Below, piece after piece: positions 50,920-59,674 of a DNA stretch of 62,992 bases; positions within the stretch are counted from its first letter, which is position 1; each line of letters begins with the position of its first letter. The notes under the pieces are model-generated. The model searched no databases, had not been told where the DNA came from, and saw only the letters and a program-made list of their open reading frames with translations. Both the position numbers and the translations under genes were made by a program. Source of the DNA: an uncultured Polyangiaceae bacterium (GTDB lineage: Bacteria > Myxococcota_A > Polyangia > Polyangiales > Polyangiaceae); NCBI GenBank assembly GCA_964442485.1, contig CAYUAW010000005.1, positions 14,903 to 77,894 on the forward strand. Direction: 5' to 3'.

Positions 50920-52161
50920 ATGGCCTCCCGCGCGACCCCGCTCCCCGTCGAAATCGGGCGGTACCAGATCGTGCGGTTGCACGGCCAGGGCGCCATGGGG
51001 CGCGTCTTGCTCGCCCACGATCCGGTTCTCGACCGCGACGTCGCGGTGAAGCTCCTCCGCGACGATCTGACGATCCCCGACGATCAGCGGCAGGCGCTCC
51101 TCGACCGCATGCGCCAGGAGGCGCGCGCCGCGGCGCGCGTCAGTCATCCGAACATCGTCGCGCTGCACGACATGGGCGAGGACCCGTCGCTCGGCCTCTA
51201 CCTGGTATTCGAGTACCTCGCCGGCAGCACGCTGAAGGAGCGCCTCGAGCGCGGCCCGCTCGGACCTGCCGCGGCGGCGAAGCTCGCGGTCGAGCTCGGC
51301 TCCGCGCTGACCACCGCGCACGAGGCCGGCGTGCTGCACCGGGACATCAAGCCTGAGAACATCATCCTCGCGACGGCAGGCGGGAAGATCGCAGACTTCG
51401 GAATCGCGCGAGTTCCGGACTCGACGCTCACGCTCGGCGGCGTCCTCCTTGGTACGCCCGCCTACAGCGCGCCCGAGGCGCTGTCCGGCGGGCAATTCTC
51501 GGCGAAGAGCGATCAATTTTCGATGGCGGCGACGCTCTACGAGGCCATCTCGGGTCGGCGCGCGTTCCCCGGAGAAGACGCCGTCGCGGTCGCCAGCAAG
51601 ATCCAGACGGACGACCCGCCGCCGGTGTCGGACGTCGCGGGGGTGGATCCGCCGGTCGACGTCGTGCTGTCGCGCGCGCTGTCACGCGACCCGAGAGCGC
51701 GCTTCGACACGTGCTCGGAGTTCGGCGCGGCGCTCTGCGAGGCGCTGAAGGCGGCGCCACGCGCGGCGATGCAGACGCTCCCCGACGAGATCCACCGCGC
51801 CGCGCAGGACGCGACCGGCGTGCGCGTTGCGCGTGCCGCGACCGGCGGCATCGCGATCGGCGCGATGCTCGCCATCGCCGGCTTCCAGCTCACCTCGCAT
51901 CTCCGGCAGGACGACGCGAAGAGCCCGGCGACGCCGACCGCGATGGTAGCCGCGCCGAAACCCATCGAGGCCGAACCCGTCGCGTGGCTCGCGGAGGCGC
52001 CAAAGCTCGTGAAGGCCGTCGCGCCGCACGCTTCCGCGCACTTGCCGGATCGCCCCCGGGGACACGGCAAGGACGAGCACGCGACGGACCCGCCGCGTCT
52101 CGAGCGAGCGGGCGACGCGGGACGCTCCGGCGAGGGCGGCCTCGCGAGATGGCCGCGATGA
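50920..52161 (+). CDS. Ser/Thr protein kinase with one TM span
   Basis: GQGAMGRV, VAVKLL, HRDIKPENIIL, DFGIAR and GTPAYSAPE. TM span IAIGAMLAIAGFQL after the kinase domain. Confidence 0.85.
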   Translation: MASRATPLPVEIGRYQIVRLHGQGAMGRVLLAHDPVLDRDVAVKLLRDDLTIPDDQRQALLDRMRQEARAAARVSHPNIVALHDMGEDPSLGLYLVFEYLAGSTLKERLERGPLGPAAAAKLAVELGSALTTAHEAGVLHRDIKPENIILATAGGKIADFGIARVPDSTLTLGGVLLGTPAYSAPEALSGGQFSAKSDQFSMAATLYEAISGRRAFPGEDAVAVASKIQTDDPPPVSDVAGVDPPVDVVLSRALSRDPRARFDTCSEFGAALCEALKAAPRAAMQTLPDEIHRAAQDATGVRVARAATGGIAIGAMLAIAGFQLTSHLRQDDAKSPATPTAMVAAPKPIEAEPVAWLAEAPKLVKAVAPHASAHLPDRPRGHGKDEHATDPPRLERAGDAGRSGEGGLARWPR

Positions 52162-53096
52162 TCCTACCGTGGCGTGCCCTCGTCGCGGCGTCGACGATCA
52201 TCGCGGTCGCGCCACCGCACCGCGACGGGCGCGAGCACGCGGCACACGGCGACGCTGCCGAGCACGGCACGGTGGGCGCCGAGGCGGGCGTGCTCACCCT
52301 GAAGGCGCCCGGCTCCGCGATGATCCTGGTGCCAGCCGGCTCCTTCGTCATGGGGTCGACGGGAGACGACGTCGTCGCGGCGCTCCTCGACTGTCAACGC
52401 GAGCCGGGCGGCGATCGCTGCGAGCAGAACCTCTTCGCGAACGAGGCGCCGCTGCACCGCGTGACGCTCTCCGCGTTCTGGCTCGACCGCACCGAGGTCA
52501 CGATCGGAGACTACGCGCGCTGCGTCGCCACTGGTCGCTGCCGCGCGCTGCCGCTCGGCCAGGGCGCGACCCGGTTCGACCACGACCGCTTCCCGGCCTC
52601 GCTCGTGACCTGGGAAGAAGCGAAGACGTACTGCGAGTACCGCGGCGCACGCTTGCCCACCGAGGCGGAGTTCGAGCGCGCCGCGCGCGGCGTGGGCGGC
52701 CGTCGCTTTCCGTGGGGCGATCTCTACAACGCGCATGCCTCGAACCACGGACGCCTCGCGTGGCAGGCGACGGACCCGAGCGACGGCTTCGCGGAGCTCG
52801 CGCCGGTGGGCTCGTTCCCCGCTGGCCGAACGCCGGACGGCTTCCTCGACCTCGCCGGCAACGTGGCGGAGTGGGTCGCCGATCGCTACGCGCCGGAGTA
52901 CGAGGACGCCGACGCGACGGACCCACAAGGCCCGCCCCTCGCGAGCTCCACGCCCGCCCGCGTGGTACGCGGCGGCGACTACCGGAGCGCGGCGCCGTGG
53001 CTCCGTGGCGCGGCGCGCGAGGCCGAGGAGCCCGGCACGCGGCGCCCGTGGATCGGCTTTCGCTGCGCCCGCTCCGCGCGTAGATCCGGGACGTAG
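52149..53096 (+). CDS. formylglycine-generating-enzyme (SUMF1/FGE) family domain protein, exported
   Basis: From the ATG at 52149 in ORF 51711..53096. N-terminal hydrophobic span ILPWRALVAASTIIAV. MILVPAGSFVMGS, WLDRTEVT, RLPTEAEFERAARG, GNVAEWV and GFRCAR. Overlaps the kinase 3' end by 13 nt. Confidence 0.8.
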   Translation: MAAMILPWRALVAASTIIAVAPPHRDGREHAAHGDAAEHGTVGAEAGVLTLKAPGSAMILVPAGSFVMGSTGDDVVAALLDCQREPGGDRCEQNLFANEAPLHRVTLSAFWLDRTEVTIGDYARCVATGRCRALPLGQGATRFDHDRFPASLVTWEEAKTYCEYRGARLPTEAEFERAARGVGGRRFPWGDLYNAHASNHGRLAWQATDPSDGFAELAPVGSFPAGRTPDGFLDLAGNVAEWVADRYAPEYEDADATDPQGPPLASSTPARVVRGGDYRSAAPWLRGAAREAEEPGTRRPWIGFRCARSARRSGT

Positions 53097-53100
53097 CTCG

Positions 53101-53649
53101 ATGCTCGTGTTGCCCGTCACGCGTGCGACCACCGTGGTGGTCGTGAATCCCCACTACCCGGAGAACGTAGGGGCCGCCGCGCGCGCCATGAAGATTATGG
53201 GCATCACCGGCCTCGTGCTCGTCAAGCCCGGACGGCTCGCGGTGCCCGAGCACGAGATGGCCCGCAAGATGGCCGTGAAGTCACTGGACGTTCTCGAGGG
53301 CGCCGCCCGCTGCCGCACGCTTTCGGAGGCGCTCGGCGGCGTCTCGCTGTCCTTCGCCACGACCTCTCGTCGCGGCGTGTCCGGAGTGGTGTCGCCGCGC
53401 CGCGCCGCGGAGCTCTCGCTCGCAGTCGCCGCGGCCGGCAAGCGCGTCGCGTTCGTCTTCGGCAACGAGAAGACGGGCCTCACCGCGGAGGACGCGGCGC
53501 TCTGCACCGAGCGCGTGCGCATTCCGATGGCGGCCGATCAGCCCTCGATCAACCTGGCGCAGGCCATCCAGATCGTCGCGTACGAGCTCTTCGTCGCGGG
53601 CCTCTCCGCCCGCGACGCGGCCCCCGGGCAAGGGACGCCCCCCGCGTGA
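53101..53649 (+). CDS. SpoU/TrmH-family RNA 2'-O-methyltransferase (TrmJ-like)
   Basis: From the ATG at 53101 in ORF 52735..53649. NPHYPENVGAAARAMKIMG, FVFGNEKTGL and PSINLAQAIQIVAYEL. Confidence 0.8.
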   Translation: MLVLPVTRATTVVVVNPHYPENVGAAARAMKIMGITGLVLVKPGRLAVPEHEMARKMAVKSLDVLEGAARCRTLSEALGGVSLSFATTSRRGVSGVVSPRRAAELSLAVAAAGKRVAFVFGNEKTGLTAEDAALCTERVRIPMAADQPSINLAQAIQIVAYELFVAGLSARDAAPGQGTPPA

Positions 53650-53661
53650 TACGCTCGCGGC

Positions 53662-54723
53662 GTGACCATGCCCGACGTCGTCGATCTCCGCTCGGACACC
53701 GTCACCCGCCCGACGCCCGCCATGCGCGAGGCGATGGCGCGCGCCGAGGTCGGCGACGACGTCTACGGAGAGGACCCCACTGCGCGGAGGCTCGAGGAGC
53801 GCGTGGCCGACGTGCTCGGCAAGGAATCGGCGGTGTTCGTCCCATCGGGAACGATGGCGAACCAGATCGCGATCCTCCTTCATACCCGGCGTAGCGACGA
53901 GTTCATCGGCGGCGAAGGCACGCACTCTGCCACCTTCGAGTCGGGCGCTGCCGCCGCCCTGAGTGGCGTCCAGTTTCGCGTCGCGGGCGCCGGGGGCCTT
54001 TACACGGCCGAGGAGCTCGAGCGCGTCGTACAGCCGCCCGGCATCATGTATCCGCGGATCGTCCTCGCCGTCGTGGAGAACACGCACAACCGGGCCGGCG
54101 GCCGCGTCTTCGCGCACGCCGAGGTGCTCCGCATCGCGAGGGTCGCGCGGCGACGCGGCCTGAAGCTCCACCTCGACGGCGCGCGCCTGTGGAACGCCGC
54201 CGTCGCGACGGGCCAGCGGGAGAGCGAGCTCGCCGCGCCGTTCGACACCGTCAGTGTGTGCTTCTCCAAGGGGCTCGGCGCGCCCGTCGGCTCCGCGCTG
54301 TGCGCGTCGCGCGCGCTCGTCGAGGAAGCACGTCGCTTCCGGAAAATGCTCGGCGGCGGCATGCGGCAGGTCGGCGTTCTCGCGGCGGCGGCCCTCCACG
54401 GCCTGGAAAATCACCGCGAGCGGCTGGCAGACGACCACCGCGCCGCGCGTCTCGTCGCGGAGCGTCTCGCCGCGGCGAACGGCGCCAGCGTCGACGTCGC
54501 GAGCGTCGAGACGAACATCGTCAACGTGCGGCTCCTGGAAGCGAAGGCCGACGCCGTCGTGGCCGAAGCCAGACGTCGCGGCGTTCTCGTGAACGCGACC
54601 GGGCCGGCGCAGCTGCGGGTGGTGACGCACCTGGACGCGCCGATTGAGCGCGCCGCGGAGGCCGCCGAGCGTCTCTCGCTTGCGATCGAGTCGGTGCTCG
54701 GCGGTCCCGAGGCCCGGCGTTGA
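53662..54723 (+). CDS. ltaE: low-specificity L-threonine aldolase
   Basis: [43 protein letters not shown] and [11 protein letters not shown] (PLP-lysine region). Confidence 0.85.
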   Translation: MTMPDVVDLRSDTVTRPTPAMREAMARAEVGDDVYGEDPTARRLEERVADVLGKESAVFVPSGTMANQIAILLHTRRSDEFIGGEGTHSATFESGAAAALSGVQFRVAGAGGLYTAEELERVVQPPGIMYPRIVLAVVENTHNRAGGRVFAHAEVLRIARVARRRGLKLHLDGARLWNAAVATGQRESELAAPFDTVSVCFSKGLGAPVGSALCASRALVEEARRFRKMLGGGMRQVGVLAAAALHGLENHRERLADDHRAARLVAERLAAANGASVDVASVETNIVNVRLLEAKADAVVAEARRRGVLVNATGPAQLRVVTHLDAPIERAAEAAERLSLAIESVLGGPEARR

Positions 54724-55841
54724 GCGACGGAGCGCGCGCAGACCCAGCGCTCGGACCCAGGCGAGCTCTGGGTCTGGTACGGGCACTCTGCACGGCGTGC
54801 GCGGTCACCGCATGCGGCGGCGCCTCGAGCGAGCTGACGCCGAAGGAAGCCGCCGCGGAGCGCGCCTACGCCGCCGGGCGGTACCTGGAGGCCGCCGAGC
54901 GCTTCTCGGAGTCCGCTCGAGCGAGCTCGAAGAGGCGCGACCGCGAGGAAGCACGCTACCGCCAGGCCATGAGCTTCGAACGCGCCGGGCGTCCCGCGGA
55001 CGAGCGCGCCGTGCTCGCGGAGCTGCTCCGCGAGTATCCGGACGGCACCCGCGCGCCGCGAGCGATGTACGACCTCGCCAGGCTCGACATCCGACAGGGC
55101 CGAGCCGAGGACGGCTACCGCGCGCTCGGGGAGCTCTTGCGACGCTACCCGGAGAGCGGCCTCGCGCCGGCGGCGCTGCATGCATGCGCCGAGCAACGGC
55201 TCGGCGAAGGGGGCGAGAAGGCCGTGCAGTCGTACCTGGAGGAGCTCGCGCCGGCCGTCGTGACGACACGACTCGCCGAGTACGTCGACTACGAGCATGC
55301 GCGCTCGCGCGAACGCGCGGGCGACCTCGCAGACGCGCGCGACGAGTACCTGCGCCTCGCGGAGCGCTTCCCGTATCCACGCGGCGTCTTCTGGGACGAC
55401 GCGCTCTACCGGACCGGCGAGCTCTACGCAGCGCTCGGCGCTCCGCGCGACGCGATCGCGGTGTTCGAGCGGCTGCTCGCCGAGCGCGAGCCGTCCTTCC
55501 TGCAAGGGAGCTACGAGCGCGGCCGGTACGCGGAGGCTGCGTTTAGAGTCGCGGAGCTCTACCGCGACGCTCTGCACGATCCGGCGCGCGCCCGTCTCGC
55601 GTTCGAGCGGTTCTTCGTGGCGTACCCGACGAGCCGGCTCCGCGACGACGCGGCCTTCAGCGCGGCGCGCCTCGCGCTCTCCGCCGGAGACCGTGACGGC
55701 GCCTGCCGTCTCGTGCGTTCGCTCGTCGCGAGCAGCCCCGAATCGCGCTATGTTGCGTGCGCGCCGGCCCTCTGCCCGGCCGTCCACACACCGCCGCGAA
55801 CGGGGCCCTGCCACGACTACCTGCTCCGCACCAGCCCGTGA
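54720..55841 (+). CDS. TPR-repeat lipoprotein
   Basis: TTG start overlapping the ltaE stop (uncertain). Lipobox CAVTACGG. Repeated YxxA/YPxxxxAP TPR/YbgF-like units. Confidence 0.6.
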   Translation: MSDGARADPALGPRRALGLVRALCTACAVTACGGASSELTPKEAAAERAYAAGRYLEAAERFSESARASSKRRDREEARYRQAMSFERAGRPADERAVLAELLREYPDGTRAPRAMYDLARLDIRQGRAEDGYRALGELLRRYPESGLAPAALHACAEQRLGEGGEKAVQSYLEELAPAVVTTRLAEYVDYEHARSRERAGDLADARDEYLRLAERFPYPRGVFWDDALYRTGELYAALGAPRDAIAVFERLLAEREPSFLQGSYERGRYAEAAFRVAELYRDALHDPARARLAFERFFVAYPTSRLRDDAAFSAARLALSAGDRDGACRLVRSLVASSPESRYVACAPALCPAVHTPPRTGPCHDYLLRTSP

Positions 55842-55875
55842 ACCACGCTGGTTGCCCAAAGCGTGGCCGCGCCCT

Positions 55876-55891
55876 CCCCGAAGGCTCGGGG
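55876..55891. terminator. short GC hairpin between convergent genes
   Basis: CCCCGA aggc TCGGGG, extendable with one bulge. Lies between the stops at 55841 (+) and 55914 (-). No U-tract, so only a weak terminator candidate. Confidence 0.25.
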
Positions 55892-55913
55892 CAGGCGGGA
55901 CCGCCGAGACGGC

Positions 55914-56324
55914 TCAGTCTTCGTCCGCGTCCTCGGAGGACTCTTCCTCGTCCTCGTCCTCGCTGTCCTCGTCCTCGAGGAGATCGCCGACCTCGTCCTC
56001 GGCTTCCTCGGGCTCGTCGGCTTCTTCCTCGTCCTCGGCGGCCGCCTTGGTATCGGTCTTCAGGTCGATTCCGACCTCGCCGAGCTGCGTCTCGAGGAGC
56101 TCGAAGAGCTCATCGACGTCGTCACCGCTCCATTCGTCCAGGACGTCGGTGAGAAATTCGAAGAAATCGGCCGTGTCGAGCCGGCGCTCGATCTCTTCGA
56201 CCTGTTCTTCGGTAAAGGCTTCGAGGATGTCCTCGCGTAGGGACTCTGAGTCCCCTTCCTCGATCGCTTCCTGCGCCGAGAGCCGAATCTGCTTAACGGC
56301 ACGTCTGTCGAGGTAGAGTTCCAT
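55914..56324 (-). CDS. hyper-acidic small protein (136 aa)
   Basis: MELYLDRRAVKQIRLSAQEAIEEGD... The C-terminal ~45 residues are almost entirely Asp/Glu/Ser/Ala. The frame is GC3-rich. Confidence 0.6.
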   Translation of the reverse strand: MELYLDRRAVKQIRLSAQEAIEEGDSESLREDILEAFTEEQVEEIERRLDTADFFEFLTDVLDEWSGDDVDELFELLETQLGEVGIDLKTDTKAAAEDEEEADEPEEAEDEVGDLLEDEDSEDEDEEESSEDADED

Positions 56325-56342
56325 GTGCTTGTCGCTCCACGA

Positions 56343-57047
56343 ATGATCGCTCCCGCGTTTAAACGAACCGTCGCAGGGACGTCAAGGCCGGTTCGCGCGG
56401 CGACGGCGGGCAGCGGCCGCACGGCGCGTTTCGGAATTGCGCTCGCCGCAGCGCTCGCGACCGTTTCCGGGCGCGCCGGCGCCCAGGTCCCACGAACGAC
56501 CGAGCACTACCTGCAATACGGGGTGGCCTTCAACACGGAGTTCGTGGCCAGCGCCGGGCCCATCTGCCCCTCGAACGCCGTGGCGCCCTGTATCCTCGGG
56601 TCGGGCGTCGGGCTGACGCTGCGCATCGGCTACCGCGCGCGCGGGCCGTTCTATGTCGGCGGAGCGTACGAGTTCTCGCGACAGGACCCCTCGAACCTAC
56701 TTCGCCTCGCCATTTTGCAACAGCTCCGAGGCGAAGCGCGCTACTACATGACGGAGGCCACGCGCCTCACGCCGTATCTCGCAGCCGGGGCAGGCGGCGT
56801 GCTCTATGGAAATGAATGGGAAGCCGACACCGGTGGCATCACCGCTTTTCTCGGGGCCGGCATCGAATTTCAGATCAGCCGAACATCGGTGGTGGGCGCG
56901 TCGCTCGGCTATCGTCCGGTGGTCTTCCGCCACTGGCAAGACAGCGCGGGCCAGGTCAGGGCGGACACCCTTTTTGGCTTCGGCGTTGGCCACATGATCG
57001 GCGCCGAGCTCGTGTTCGAGGTTCGCGACCCGCTTCCGCGATGGTAG
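56343..57047 (+). CDS. putative small outer-membrane beta-barrel protein
   Basis: ORF 56325..57047. Signal-like FGIALAAALATVSGRAGAQ. Alternating-pattern strands. C-terminal AELVFEVRDPLPRW. The start is uncertain (56325 GTG, 56343 ATG or 56391 GTG). Confidence 0.55.
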   Translation: MIAPAFKRTVAGTSRPVRAATAGSGRTARFGIALAAALATVSGRAGAQVPRTTEHYLQYGVAFNTEFVASAGPICPSNAVAPCILGSGVGLTLRIGYRARGPFYVGGAYEFSRQDPSNLLRLAILQQLRGEARYYMTEATRLTPYLAAGAGGVLYGNEWEADTGGITAFLGAGIEFQISRTSVVGASLGYRPVVFRHWQDSAGQVRADTLFGFGVGHMIGAELVFEVRDPLPRW

Positions 57048-57153
57048 TCTCGTTCGAACCGCTGGCGCTCGGTGCGAACGCGCGCCGAGGCGATGGCCGG
57101 AACGCTGCGAAAAGTCCCTTGACTCGTTCCAGCCGGGAGGTTCCCCTAGTCTC

Positions 57154-58449
57154 GTGAGGTGCGATCGATGCGGAGCCGACAATCCGGCCAATCTCATCTT
57201 CTGCCGGGACTGCGGCAATCGACTGCCGGGGGCGGAGATGACCGTGCCTGCGGCCGCCGATCCGCGCCCCGCGACCGGCTCGCGGCCGGCTGCACCTAAT
57301 TTCGAATTCTCGCCGCGCGCGGCAACGGTCGCGACCCAGGCCTGCGGTCGCTGCGGCGTCGTCAATCCGTCGACGAACCGGTTCTGCTCCGGATGCGGGT
57401 CACCACTCGGGGCACCGCCTCCTCAGCAACAGCAGCAGCCGCCACCGCAAGCCGCTCCGGCAGTCCTGCCTGTCCCGCCCGGAGCGGGCTATCGGCCCGC
57501 GCCCACGCAGCAAAGCGCACAGCCGAATCCTCGGCCCGTGGCTCCGGCCCCAGGGAGGTCCACCACGGTATGCGGTCGGTGCCGGGGGGTGAACCCCGGC
57601 GACATGCAGTTCTGTCAGTTCTGCGGTGCCCCACTTTCGGCTCATGCCGGCGAGGCGCCGGCCAGGCCAGCGTCCGTCGCGGCCCGACCCCCACAGCCGG
57701 CGCGCCCGACAGAGGCTGCCTACCCTCACCAGGTGGCGGCACAAGCGCGGCCCGGCGGTGATGGCTGGGCGGCACCTTCCCCGGGGCGCGGCGGCGCTCG
57801 GCTGGTGGTCATCACCCAGGACGGTACGCCCGGGCGCACTTTCGACATCACGGACTCGCAGGTGGATATCGGGCGCGAAGAAGGAGGCATTGTCCTACCC
57901 AACGACCCCTACGTCTCCCCGCGCCATGCTCGGCTCCGGCGGGCCTCCGGGGGGGCGTTCACGCTGCGGGACCTCGGTTCAGTAAATGGCGTCTACGTGC
58001 GGGTCCGCCGCGCCGAAAAGCTCGAACACGGCGACTTGGTGTTGGTGGGCCTCGAGGTGTTAAGGTTCGAGGTTGTGAGTGATGCGGAGAAGTCCCTTGG
58101 TCCGGCCCTCGAGAGGGGCACCCAGGTATTCGGCTCTCCCGCGTCCACGCGGTACGCGAGGCTCTGCCAGCGAACGATCGAGGGGGTCACACGGGACGTG
58201 CATTCGTTGTACCGTGACGAAACGATCATCGGCCGAGAGTCCGGGGACATCGTGTTTACCAGCGACCCGTTCATGAGCCGACAGCACGCCGCCATCACGC
58301 GGGATCCCTACGAAGGCACCTTCACGCTGCGCGACCTCGGGTCTTCGAACGGCACCTACCTGGCGATCCGGAGCGAGGTCACGCTGCAGAACGGCGACCA
58401 CCTGCGCATCGGCCAGCACCTGTTCCGACTCGAAGTGGACCCTGACTAG
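57154..58449 (+). CDS. triple zinc-ribbon, tandem FHA domain protein
   Basis: Three CxxC-N10-12-CxxC ribbons (CDRCGADNPANLIFCRDCG, CGRCGVVNPSTNRFCSGCG, CGRCRGVNPGDMQFCQFCG) separated by Pro/Gln/Ala linkers. Two FHA cores follow (IGREEGGIVLPNDPYVSPRHARL...GSVNGVYV and IGRESGDIVFTSDPFMSRQHAAI...GSSNGTYL). Confidence 0.8.
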   Translation: MRCDRCGADNPANLIFCRDCGNRLPGAEMTVPAAADPRPATGSRPAAPNFEFSPRAATVATQACGRCGVVNPSTNRFCSGCGSPLGAPPPQQQQQPPPQAAPAVLPVPPGAGYRPAPTQQSAQPNPRPVAPAPGRSTTVCGRCRGVNPGDMQFCQFCGAPLSAHAGEAPARPASVAARPPQPARPTEAAYPHQVAAQARPGGDGWAAPSPGRGGARLVVITQDGTPGRTFDITDSQVDIGREEGGIVLPNDPYVSPRHARLRRASGGAFTLRDLGSVNGVYVRVRRAEKLEHGDLVLVGLEVLRFEVVSDAEKSLGPALERGTQVFGSPASTRYARLCQRTIEGVTRDVHSLYRDETIIGRESGDIVFTSDPFMSRQHAAITRDPYEGTFTLRDLGSSNGTYLAIRSEVTLQNGDHLRIGQHLFRLEVDPD

Positions 58450-58458
58450 CAGAGAACC

Positions 58459-59667
58459 ATGAGCGGAACGGGCAGCGCTGCTTCTCCCGGGGGCGAGATA
58501 CGCCTCAAACTGTTCGGCCGCACCGACGTCGGACAGATCCGCGAGCACAACGAAGACAATTTCCTCATCGCCGACCTGACTCGACGGAGCAGGAGCTTGA
58601 TGGAAGCCGACCGCGAACAGATCGTCGGGCCCGGCGGTACGGTGTTCGCGGTCTGTGACGGCATGGGCGGCGCCGCGGCCGGCGAGGTCGCGAGCAAGCT
58701 CGCCGTCGACATCATCTACGAGAGCATGCTCACCGGCGGCCCACCGCCGAACCGCGATGAGCTCGCGCGCCGTCTGGTCTCGACCGTGGAAGAGGCGGGC
58801 CTCAGGATCTTCAACGAGGCGCGCGCCGATCGCACGCGCCGCGGGATGGGCACGACCTCCACGGTCGCGACGCTCCTCGATGCACGGCTCTTCATCGCGC
58901 AGGTCGGCGACAGCCGCGCCTACCTGCTGCGCGGCGAGACCCTCGTCCAGGTAACCCGGGATCAGTCTCTCGTGAATCAGCTGATCGAGGCCGGGCAGCT
59001 GACGGAAGAGGAAGCCGAGACCTTCGAGCACAACAACATCATCCTGCAGGCCCTCGGCACCGCCGAGACGGTGCAGGTGGATCTCACCTACGTCGACCTT
59101 CGGCGTGGCGACATGCTCCTCATGTGCTCGGACGGCCTGAGCGGCATGATCCGCGCAGAGGACATCCGGTCCGCGCTCGTGACGTACGACGAGCCGCTCG
59201 AGATCTGCAAGGTGCTCACCGAGAAGGCGAACCAGGCCGGCGGCCACGACAACATCACCGTCATCGTGGTGAAGTTCGACGGCGAGGGCCTCTCTCCGGT
59301 GACGGCCGAGGACGAGCCGGTGAAGTACCGCAAGTACGGGCTCCCGCAGTCCGTCAGCATCAGCGATCCGACGGTGCGGCCCGGCGGTGTCAGCCTGGTG
59401 CCCACCGTGGACGCTCCGGTCAGCGAGGAAGCGGAGCGCGAGTCGCGGGCGCTCCGGGTCGGGCACACCATGGTCGGCGTCACTTCGCCGCTCGCCACGA
59501 CTCCGGGGTTCGATGGCGGGCTTGCGCGCTCGCCGTCGGGGCGCGCGCGGCCGTTCGAGGAGCCGGTGGATCTGCCGACCAGCGGCCTCCCTCCGTCGGT
59601 CGTGGGTTTCATCGTCGTGGGGGCGTTCCTGCTCGTCGTGGCGATGGGCTTCTGGCTGCTCCGGTAG
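58459..59667 (+). CDS. PP2C-family Ser/Thr phosphatase with C-terminal TM anchor
   Basis: RTDVGQIREHNEDNF, VCDGMGG and GGHDNITVIVV. C-terminal span VVGFIVVGAFLLVVAMGFWLL. 9-nt gap from the FHA gene. Confidence 0.85.
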   Translation: MSGTGSAASPGGEIRLKLFGRTDVGQIREHNEDNFLIADLTRRSRSLMEADREQIVGPGGTVFAVCDGMGGAAAGEVASKLAVDIIYESMLTGGPPPNRDELARRLVSTVEEAGLRIFNEARADRTRRGMGTTSTVATLLDARLFIAQVGDSRAYLLRGETLVQVTRDQSLVNQLIEAGQLTEEEAETFEHNNIILQALGTAETVQVDLTYVDLRRGDMLLMCSDGLSGMIRAEDIRSALVTYDEPLEICKVLTEKANQAGGHDNITVIVVKFDGEGLSPVTAEDEPVKYRKYGLPQSVSISDPTVRPGGVSLVPTVDAPVSEEAERESRALRVGHTMVGVTSPLATTPGFDGGLARSPSGRARPFEEPVDLPTSGLPPSVVGFIVVGAFLLVVAMGFWLLR

Positions 59668-59674
59668 CGACGCG

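Noticed and set aside
55914-56060. Short GTCCTC/GTCGTC-type tandem repeats. Similar repetitive GC-rich stretches occur at 38440-38700, 29430-29700, 35000-35300 and 27250-27700. I considered these as CRISPR or VNTR-like repeats.
   Set aside because: All lie inside ORFs and encode low-complexity Asp/Glu or Ala/Pro/Thr/Gly linkers. There is no repeat-spacer periodicity and no cas genes.
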